Positions 54,773-64,000 of a stretch of 64,000 bases of DNA are shown here, piece by piece (the stretch's first letter is position 1; each line of letters begins with the position of its first letter). The notes under the pieces are model-generated. The model had not been told where the DNA came from. It made no database searches and saw nothing but the letters and a program-made list of their open reading frames with translations. The position numbers were made by a program, and so were the translations under genes. The stretch is from Octopus vulgaris (lineage: Eukaryota): assembly GCA_951406725.2 (NCBI GenBank), contig OX597816.1:120776001-120840000 (forward strand), given 5' to 3'.

Positions 54773-55500
54773 GTCTCTCTAAAGGAGACTATGGCAGCAG
54801 TACTGGATATTAATAGTTATCGCCAAGCTAAGATGGCAGTCCAGGAAAATAGGATGAATGCTGCTGCTGTTGATTAGCTCCAAGAGACCATTACCTCTAG
54901 CTAGCTATGTGACACACGAACCTGTGTCCATTAGGAGAGGTCAGCTGCTTCGCCTTGCTGGTCTGGCATCCACAGACTAGTTTCGGGGTATTTGTCCCTT
55001 ATGGCCTCTTGGAGCTAATCAATGGCAGCATTTGTCCTATTTTCCTGGACTGCTATGTTAGCTTGGCGATAACTATTAATATCCAGTACCGCTGCCGTAG
55101 TCTCCTTTTAAAGAGATTTAGAAATATTAATATTTCTATTTTTGAAAACCAGTGGATGTATTCCACTGAATTTAGGTAAATAATCCTTCGAACAGAGGGT
55201 CAGCAGCAGTGCCTGCTGGATTCAGCTGCTCTACATGGATATGGGGCAAATACCCCGAAACTAGTCTGTAGATGCCAGACCAGCAAGGGGAAGTGGCTGA
55301 CCTCCCCTGTTCGAAGGTTACAATGGACACAGGTTCATGTGTCACATAGCTAGCTAGAAGCGATGGCCTCTTGGAGCTAATCAACAGCAGCATTTGTCCT
55401 ATTTTCCTTGACTGCCATGTTAGCTTGGCGATAACTATCAATATCCAGTACCACTGCTGAAATCTCCTAGAGACTTAGAAATATTAATATTTCTATTTGA
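54773..55500 (+). mobile_element. Retrozyme-like element: ~362-nt partial tandem preceded by an inverted segment
   Basis: 55001-55140 is repeated at 55363-55498; 54773-54998 is the reverse complement of ~55243-55475; a hammerhead-like fold lies at 55230-55272. Confidence 0.7.
55230..55272 (+). ncRNA. Candidate minimal type I hammerhead ribozyme with atypical core
   Basis: TCTACA (stem I) TGGATAT (core 3-9) GGGG-CAAATA-CCCC (stem II) GAAA CTAG TC| TGTAGA (stem I'); palindromic ACTAGT stem III. Confidence 0.6.
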
Positions 55501-55525
55501 TATATATATATATATATATATATAT

Positions 55526-55810
55526 CGTGGCCGATGCCAGCGCCGCCTCGACTGGCTTCCGTGCCGGTGGCACGTAAAATAGACCAATCTGACCGTGGCC
55601 GTTGCCAGCCTCGCCTGGCACCTGTGCAGGTGGCACGTAAAAAGCACCCACTACACTCACGGAGTGGTTGGCGTTAGGAAGGGCATCCAGCTGTAGAAAC
55701 ATTGCCAGATAAGACTGGAGCCTGGTGCAGCCTTCTGGCTTCCCAGATCCCCGGTCGAACTGTCCAACCCATGCTAGCATGGAGAACGGACGTTAAACGA
55801 TGATGATGAT
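55526..55810 (+). mobile_element. RTE 3' UTR fragment, young
   Basis: Two repeat units plus the tail ending GGACGTTAAAC(GAT)n. Confidence 0.85.
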
Positions 55811-56089
55811 ATGTATACACACACACACATGCATATCATCATCATTTAACATCTGTTGTCCATATTGGCATGGGTTGGACGGTTTGACACACTCATATGT
55901 AAATGTCAAAAGATGAAAATGAGTGCTCAACACTGCATTGGTGGATAGAATTTCTTTATTTGTGTATTAAGGCTACTATTGGTTTCATGTTAAGAAAAAT
56001 ATCTTAATATCTTAATTTTTCAAGCTTATCACATGGATGAATGGGGCTTGTCTCCATATTGGATAAAAACACCTACACACACACACATC

Positions 56090-56470
56090 GTTTATTCTTG
56101 TTTACAGTCAGTGAACTGTGGACATGCTGGAGCACCACCTTGGAGCATTTTAATTTGAAGGAATTGACTCCAGTAGTTATTCATTTTTTAAAATTCCTGA
56201 TACTTGTTTTATCAGTCTCTTATACTGAACTGCTGTTATGGGGATGTAAACAAACCAACATTGGTCGTCAAGTGGTGATGGAGGACAAATACACACACAT
56301 ACACTTATAATGGGTGACTTTCTGTTTCCATCTACCAAATCCACTCACAAGGTTTTGGTTGACCCTGGGCTATAGTAGAACACATTTGCCCAAGGTGCCA
56401 TGCAGTCGGATTGAACCTGGAGCAGTGTGGCGGGGAAGCATGCTTTTAACCATACTACCACACCAGCGCC
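56090..56470 (-). mobile_element. SINE family A, degenerate
   Basis: Reverse complement of 42588-42967. Confidence 0.7.
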
Positions 56471-57179
56471 CATGTTACACACACACACACGCACACATAC
56501 TCACACACCCTTTCACACATTGCAATACTAAAAACCAGTGTCAGTCTGCTACTATTTTTACTATTGCCATGGTAACAGAAACACTGAAGCGTGTTTACTC
56601 AAAACTGGCTTGTTCATCCAAAGAGGGAGAGAGAGAGAGAGAGAGAATAGATGGGTGAAGAAAATGTAAACACACTGACACATACATATATCTATGTGGA
56701 TATGAGTGTGTGGATGTGTGTTTGTGTATGGATGTGTGTGTGTGTAGATAGCCACATACACAACCATGCCAACAATTTTTTTTTTAGATGAATTAATGAG
56801 AAAGAAAAGAAACAGAAAACTTAACTTTTCTTGTATTAAATTGTGGTTTCTTTTCTTTCAACACATTTAGAACATGATCCTAAGATATAGATATATCTTT
56901 GTATATGTGTGTGTGCGTGCACGTGCATGTGTTGTGTGTGTGTGTGTAAATACTGAGATACATACATGCTTACTTTTGCGTGTTTGTGTAACTTTTTATG
57001 GATGTGTATTTGTACAGATATATATATATTTATATGTACGTGTCTATATATGTGTTGGTGTGTGTATCTATATATGTATGTGTGCATATGAATACACACA
57101 CACACACACATTCTCACAGACCTGTTTGTATTTACATTTATGCATGTGTGTACGTATTTTTTCCTTGGAATTTTTTTAA

Positions 57180-57422
57180 CCCTTTTACTGCAGTAAGCAG
57201 ATACATCCACTCAAAATTTCATTACTCTTAACTGCAGAAAGCAGCTTTTAATATACCAATCTATCTTTTTGTTGAGGAATGTCATGTCTGAAACTATTTT
57301 TTGTTGGGATATGTCAAGTTTATTGCGGCAACAGAACTTGCAGAAAATACCAATTCTATTTTGGGTAGATATTTAACATCATTACTGGAATCACCATGGA
57401 ATTTAATTTTGCAGTGGAAGGG
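57180..57422. mobile_element. piggyBac-like MITE family 3
   Basis: TTAA|CCCTTTTACTGCA...TGCAGTGGAAGGG|TTAA. Confidence 0.65.
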
Positions 57423-57619
57423 TTAAATCTTTTTGCAGAATTGAAGCAGGTCATTATCAAAGTGACAAGGCTTTTTTTGTATGAGTTAAGACAGTTCAAG
57501 GGATTTGTGAATATGCTGAGTTAATGTGTGTAAGTATGTAGGTGTACACAATTGCACTTATGTGGTGGGCATATATATCTGATTCATACACACAGTTGTT
57601 TACTTACTCTTTATGTAAG

Positions 57620-58045
57620 GCATGGCTGTGTGCTAAGAAGCTTGCTTCCCACCATATGGTTCAGGGTTCAGTCCCATTGCTTGGCACCTTGGGCAAGTGT
57701 CTTTTACTAAAGCCTTAGGCCAATCAAAGCCTTGTGAGTGGATTTGGTAGATGGACAGTTAAAGAAGGCCATTTTATATATGTGTATATGTAATATATAT
57801 ATATATATATATATGTATAATTATGTGCATCTTTGTGTCTATGTTTGTCTTCCCCTTCCTCACCACCACCACTTGACAACTGGTACTGGCATGTTAATGT
57901 CCCTGTAACTTAATGGTTCAGTTAAAAAAACTGATAGAATAAGTACTGGGCTTCAGAAAAATAAGTACATTCGGCTAAAAGTTCTTCGAGGGAGTGCTAC
58001 AGCATGGTCACACTCTAATGCCTGAAACAAATAAAAGATAATAGA
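57620..58045 (+). mobile_element. SINE family A, full length
   Basis: Colinear with 42588-42967. Confidence 0.78.
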
Positions 58046-58847
58046 TATAGGATTGTTTACACCATTTTAGGAAACTCAAATAGAGAACCTTTGGAATATT
58101 TTACGAATTTTCTCAGTGTCATTAATTAGATTTAAAGGATGCGAGTCCATTTGCTTTGTTCTTTCTTGGAAAAGCCTGCACTTCTAGGCTTTCATGCAAA
58201 TCTGTTGTTACATATCACAGTTACATATCATATGATGACAGATAGAGATGAGATTCTGTAGGGCTTATATATAGGCTTTAAGTTTTGCATTGGTTTACCA
58301 TAGATCTCTTTTAACACAAGACAAGATATACCCAATCACTGGGCAGCTGGCCTCTATAACAAACAACAGGACAAGGAATACAGCTGTTTTCTTTGTGTTA
58401 GAGGGCTGTTTTCACTAGAATGTTTTGCCACTATTCCTCATTTTTAAAGGTACACATACATTCTGGTTCTGGTGTGCTTTTTGCATAGCCATCCACACAA
58501 TTGTTTCTGCTATTGTAATCTTTACTATTGTCTTGGCAGCAATGCCTCATGTAATACCCTCTTCACTGGTGTAGACACATTCAGTATAGCCTATTATAAT
58601 ATGAGGCACCCATATTTCTTTTATGGATGTCCATGTATATTCATCAAGGTGGGATGTGATGTATTTGTTAATGCTGATGATATTCTCTACCTTGCATCCC
58701 CAAGCTGCTGTTTAAGTTGGTTAGTCCAGCTAGCTGGGATCAGGTGGAACAGTTACCCTCTGTGTACCTATTCAAGAGTTTTTGCTCTTAATATATTTTT
58801 ATTCGTGGTTACATATGTGCATGTGTGTGCATGAATATGTGTTTCTA

Positions 58848-59092
58848 GGTAGGTAGTTAGGTAGGTTGATAGATAGATTGATTGATTGATTGATGGATGG
58901 ATGGGTGGGTAGAAAGATAGGTAAGTAGTTGGGTAGATAGGTGTGTAGATAGATAGGTGGGTGGGTAGGAACATAAGTAGGTAGATAAGTGGGTAGAAAG
59001 ACAAGTAGTTGGGTAGATAGGTGTGAAGATAGATAAGTTGATAAATAGGTGGGTAAATGGATAGATAGATAGATAGACTGACTGATAGATAC
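58848..59092. repeat. Degenerate (GATA/GGTA/GGTG)n tetranucleotide tract
   Basis: Directly visible. Confidence 0.9.
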
Positions 59093-60287
59093 AGAAACTG
59101 GAATTCATTCCACAAAACTATATTTACATGCAAATTTAACTTTGCAAATGAAAAGTGGCAATAAGATAATTGCTAAAATATTTAAATGATATCTGATCTG
59201 ATGAGACGGTAAATAAAGGATAGTGAAGTTTATACTTTGCTGATGTGGTCATGAGACTAAAACATGGGCAGAGTTGTCTCTCATACAAGCCAAACATAAT
59301 TAAAATAATATTAGGTATGGACTAATATTGTTTCCTTTTTTCTTTTTATCACACTGCTGAAGGTACACATTAAGTACTTTTCAAATTGTAGGTAGGAGGT
59401 GTGTTGGTAGGTATTTTTTTTTTTACTGCATGAATTCTGAAGTTAGCTTTTTTAATTCTCACAAAGTAATACTATATTGACTGTTTGTTTCCATGCAAAT
59501 GGCAACTCTGAATTTTTGAAAATGCTTAGCTATTAAAACTGAAATGTCTGTCAGTTTATCACCCAAAGTAATTTTCTGTTCTACTTTTAGGCAAATATTA
59601 CCTTTTTCTGGTTTTCTGTCCACACCCTTCCTGTTTCAGAAAAATCAATGTAAAATGTCAAAATTTACATACATTTTGTTCATTCATTTTCTTTTTGTCA
59701 TTACTTTTCTATGCTAACATGGGTTAGATGACTACATATTATCAAGGCATTGCTTTTACAGCTGGATGCCTTTGCTGTCACTAATCCTGAACTATTTTTC
59801 AAGTAAGGGAGTTTTTTCATTCCCCTTGACTCAGATAATACTGAGCTACAAAACAATCAGTTAGTTCATAGGGACAACAGAGAACATTGTCATAGTAATT
59901 TTTCATGCAGTCACAAAATGTAAACATTCATACAATCATACACATTCATGTACATACATATATATATTTATCTAGCGGTTAGAGTGTTGGTCTCCAGATC
60001 ATAAGGTCATGGGTTCAATTCTGGTACTGGGGGTGGGGTCCTTGAGCAAGCCGCATTATTTCACATTTCCAGTCTTAGCAGTTAAAATTAAGTGCCCAGC
60101 AGCTACTGAAGCAGCCCCACTCTCCCTCCAGCTGTCAGACTTTTGATGATTTACTGGTTCAAGAGAGAATGTCTACCACTAGTCACAACTAAATAGACCT
60201 CTAAAACAAATAATAAAAGCATGGTACACACTACTCAGTCATAGTTGTGTCTGAGTGATAGCTAAGCTTAAGCTTTACATACATGCA

Positions 60288-60333
<46 letters not shown>

Positions 60334-60335
<2 letters not shown>

Positions 60336-61192
60336 ATCTTTTCATTTGTGAAGCCAGTTTTTCCAAATTTTTCCTACTGAACCAAACAATTTGAAACTTC
60401 GTATACTGGTAGAATGTGTCAAAAGTAAACTTAATTGTAAACCAGAATGAAAACGGAATTGTAACTTCTAAGTTTAACATTGTTTAATAATTAGAATTTT
60501 AACCAATGGTATTCCGTCTTTCGGCTTCATATTATTTACTCCGTCTCGACCACCAATTTGGTGACGTAGTAAACATATGGTATGTAAACAAATGTACACA
60601 AAACAATAACAATGAAATTTTTTACTCGGTGTATATGTATATGTATGAATGTATGTATGTATGTATGTGTGTATATATCTATGTATGTGTGTGTGTGTGT
60701 ATGTATGTGTGTGTATGTATGTATGGCCGATTCGGTGTTTAGTTTTTTCGAGTGAATACTCGGTATATGTGTATCTGTATGTATGTGTGTGCATGTGTGT
60801 GTGTGTATGTATCTATGTATGTGTGTGTGTGTGTATGTGTGTGTGTGTCACACATGTATGTATGGCCGATTCAGTGTTTAGTTTTTTCGAGTGAATACTC
60901 GGTGTATGTGTATCTGTATGTATGTGTGTGTGTGTGTATGTATCTCTACGTCACAAAACTGCTTTCTACGTCACACTAACAGAATGCAGTAACATATTAA
61001 ATATGAAAACAAGCAATCTCATTGGTTAAAATTCGCAGTTTTAATCTACGATTAAAGTCATAAAATAGATTTTTCTCAAATAAACTAGTTCCACCCTGTG
61101 TCTTGTTTTGAAACACTGTACCAGCATACGAAGTTTCAAATTATTTAGTTAAGTAGAAAGATCTGGGCTCCTGGCCACACAATTGAAAAGAT

Positions 61193-61194
<2 letters not shown>
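60334..61194. mobile_element. Non-autonomous TIR element with ~90-bp imperfect TIRs, inserted in (TA)n
   Basis: GGATCTTTTCATTTGTG...TTTGAAACTTCGTATACTGGTA at the left and TACCAGCATACGAAGTTTCAAA...CACAATTGAAAAGATCC at the right; internal ~139-bp tandem duplication. Confidence 0.75.
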
Positions 61195-61255
<61 letters not shown>

Positions 61256-61264
61256 CATACATAG

Positions 61265-61301
<37 letters not shown>

Positions 61302-61814
61302 CGTGTGTGTGTGTCAGTTAATTCAGGGTTCCTTTCAAGTTTATGTTCTTCATATAGTGTCTGAACTTTACATTTTAAAAGTTTTTTTTTTCCTTTTAAT
61401 TATAAGAGATAATGTGGTGTCATAGCCCATGTGGACCCTCATAAAGTGGAAAAGTTCAATGCAGTTTGTTCAGTTTGAACTCTGGAGGCTTGTAGAAAAA
61501 AAAATGTAGTTTAGGAGGTTGTTTCTAAAAAATAACTGTTTTCTGGCAACAATTATTGGGTGAAGTGTTTTAACTCAAGGTTTAGTGAGTGAGATGTTAC
61601 TACTGATGAAATCTGGAGAGGCTTAGGCATCATGTGGTCTTGAACACAGGTGATAAGCAGCTTGCTTGTGCAGAAGAGCAGAAACTGCTAGATTCCTGTA
61701 GTATAAAACGCAGATAGAAGCAACAACATATCTGTGAGTGAGCTGTAAATATAAATTATAAGAAAGATTTAGCAGTATGGTAGTGTGACATTAGAGAGTT
61801 GTCATTGTCTATCA

Positions 61815-62318
61815 CAGTGCTCCGCAACTGGTATACTGTGACACACTGGTGTGACAGGAGATGATGTGGGAGGCACATGGCCTATAGGTTAAAGCAGTGG
61901 CCTCGCAGTCAAGGGATCGCAGGTTCGAATCTCAGACCGGGCGATGTGTGAGTTTATGAGCGAAACACCTAAGCTCCACGCAGCTCCGACAGAAGGTAAT
62001 GGCAAACATCTGCTGACTCTTTCACCATAACTTTCTCTCACTCTTTCTTCCTGCATCTTGCGGCTCACCTGCGACTGACTGGCGTCCCGTCCAGGTGGGG
62101 AACCTATATGCCAATGAAACCAGGAAACCAGCCCTATGCACCAGGCGTGGTTCGAGAAGGAACAAACAAACAGGAGATGATGCTAGGTGTGCCACAGTGT
62201 AACCTGAATATAATTTTTTTCCATATACTTTTAGTTATATCTTTAGTTCAGATGTGCTGCTGAATTTTGAAAAGAATATAAGTGTACTGCAATTGAAAAA
62301 AATGGTTGCAGAACACTG
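61815..62318. mobile_element. hAT-type MITE with perfect 8-bp TSD
   Basis: TIRs CAGTGCTCCGCAAC / GTTGCAGAACACTG; GTCTATCA at 61807-61814 and 62319-62326. Confidence 0.85.
61867..62169 (+). mobile_element. tRNA(Arg-like)-derived SINE nested in the hAT MITE
   Basis: GGAGGCACATGGCCTATAGGTTAAAGC...GGTTCGAATCTC head and (AAAC)n tail; 13-bp TSD ACAGGAGATGATG at 61854-61866 and 62170-62182. Confidence 0.85.
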
Positions 62319-62616
62319 GTCTATCATGTTGTAATTGCAGAAAGTGATGGCATTTTAGGCCAAATACTGCACTTCGGTTATTCTTTTATTCTCTTATTTG
62401 TTTCAGTCATTTGACTACGGCCATGCTGGAGCACTGCCTTCAGGGGCTTTAGTTGAACAGATTGACCCCAGGACTACTTTAATAAGCCTAGTACTTATTC
62501 TGTCATTTCTTTTTTTTTTCTTGCTGAACCGTTGAAGTTACAGGGATGTAAACACACCAACACTGGTTGTCAAGCAGTGATGATGGGGCCAAACAGACAC
62601 AAAGACACACATGCGC

Positions 62617-62655
<39 letters not shown>

Positions 62656-62748
62656 GGAGTAAACACATAAATGTGAAACAAGGTGGAAAAAAGAGTACTC
62701 AAATACCAGTGGTAGAGTAATATGCTTTATTTTAAGCAGCAGAAAATT

Positions 62749-62804
62749 CAACAAAATCTGTTACTCTGAGTTTCTCGTTGCCATTCATCAGACAGTTTTT
62801 GCTA
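62749..62804 (-). ncRNA. Minimal type I hammerhead ribozyme motif (PLE pseudo-LTR type), stem II damaged
   Basis: The minus strand reads TAGCAAAAACTGT CTGATGA ATG-GCAA-CGA GAAA CTC-A-GAG TA| ACAGATTTTGTTG; stem I is 13 positions with one mismatch. Confidence 0.7.
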
Positions 62805-63129
62805 GAATGGAACTGATATATCAATTCAATCTAGACTCTTACAAACGCTACACCTTTAAAAAGAAATGGACTTGTTTGATTGGCCCTTTAGAAAAAAACG
62901 GTCAATCTTCGAGCGATAAACAAAAAGGTCAAAAATATATGTATATATATATAAAAAAGCTTATAAAAATTATAAAATCCGAGGAAAAAACCTTACATTG
63001 AATAAAATACATATTGACATTAATGAAGAAAGTATAAATTAATTCATAGGAATTAAACCTGTTATAAATATTACACTGCAATACATATTTTTATTAAAAT
63101 GTGCATATATATATCAGCATACACAAAAA

Positions 63130-63453
63130 GGATGCGCGCCAGAAAATTCATTTAAAACAAGATTTTATTCTCATAAAAATTCATTTAAATAGCCAGAGAA
63201 TAGGAAGAAGACCAGCCTAGCAAAATATGTCTGGGAACTAAAAGAAAAGGAAGCCCCACCTTTCAACGTGACATGGAGCATTCTGGACAGGGCGGCACCA
63301 TACAGGCATGGAGCTTACAAAAATAATTTCAAGTGCAAACTTTGTCTATTAGAAAAAATGTACATATTATTCAAAGACAATAATTCTTTGAATCAAAGAA
63401 GCAAGCTAATGAACTTATGTAGGCACGCGGCTAAATTTAAAATGTCGAAATAA
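63130..63453 (+). pseudogene. Penelope-like element GIY-YIG endonuclease C-terminal relic
   Basis: GCAPENSFKTRFYSHKNSFK*PENRKKTSLAKYVWELK...WSILDRAAPY...CKLCLLEK...LNQRSKLMNLCRH matches the PLE endonuclease C-terminal pattern (FK.R...H..SF, LSKYVW.LK, C.LCL.EK, LN.R.E...CRH); one in-frame stop at 63190-63192. Confidence 0.8.
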
Positions 63454-63496
63454 GAAAAAATTATGTATACAATCTGTGTAACGGCGTTATTGGCAT

Positions 63497-63572
63497 AATA
63501 GAAATATTAAAATTACTAAGTCTCTCTAAAAGAGATTACGGCAGCATTACTGGAAATTAATAGTTATCGCCA
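63497..63572 (-). mobile_element. Fragment of the 54773-55500 retrozyme-like family
   Basis: AATAGAAATATTAAAATTACTAAGTCTCTCTAAAAGAGATTACGGCAGCATTACTGGAAATTAATAGTTATCGCCA aligns with 54773-54825 and with the reverse of 55064-55140. Confidence 0.75.
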
Positions 63573-63577
63573 TATTA

Positions 63578-64000
63578 ATGAGGCTTTGGTCGGCCTGGGG
63601 CTATAGTAGAAGATACTTGCCTGAGATGCCATGCAGTGGGACTGAACCTGAAACCATGTGGTTAAAAAGCAAGCTTCTTACCACACAACCATATCTCTGC
63701 CTCTTTCTATCTTTTATCTTTTACTCATTTCAGTCATTTGATGCGGTCATGCTGGGGCACCACCTTGAAGGGTTTTGTTGAACAAATCAACTCCTGTATT
63801 TATCTTTTTTTAAAGTCTGCTAAATTATTCTATCAATTTGTTTTTGACAAAGTGCTAAGTTATGGAGATGTAAGCAAACCCATAATTGTTGTCAAGTGAA
63901 TGTGGAGGACAAACAGAATTTGAAGAAACACTCTCTTTGTCATTCACACACACACACACACACGTGTGCGTGGCGGGAGATCTTTTCAGTTTCCTTCTAT
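63578..64000 (-). mobile_element. SINE family A fragments
   Basis: Head (63578-63700) and 3' body (63705-64000), both reverse to 42588-42967. Confidence 0.7.

Noticed and set aside
58472-58834. VNADDIL as an RT YADD-like motif
   Set aside because: No other RT motifs are recognisable at the expected spacing.

Overview
AT-rich, repeat-saturated animal genomic DNA. The repeat complement (tRNA-headed SINEs, RTE tails ending in (GAT)n, very long TA/TG microsatellites) strongly resembles an octopus/coleoid cephalopod genome; this is an inference. I found no host protein-coding gene. Almost all long ORFs in the track are microsatellite artefacts, and the real protein similarities are all transposon remnants: RTE LINEs (one with a PHD-type finger after the RT), a young CR1/L2-type RT, mariner and Tc1/maT-like transposase relics, and a Penelope-like (PLE) GIY-YIG C-terminus. 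There are also many MITEs (piggyBac-, hAT- and pogo-like). The most interesting signal is a set of small structured elements. (i) A ~362-nt partial-tandem plus inverted element at 54773-55500 carries a minimal type I hammerhead fold whose core reads UGGAUAU instead of CUGANGA, with a U3-A8 swap for C3-G8; it is a retrozyme-like candidate. (ii) A canonical-core minimal hammerhead lies at 62749-62804 next to the PLE endonuclease relic, which is followed by a fragment of element (i). (iii) A tRNA-Thr-like element at 7921-8372 has the same tandem plus inverted architecture. Boundaries of degenerate repeats are approximate, and family assignments come from motif recognition, not database searches.
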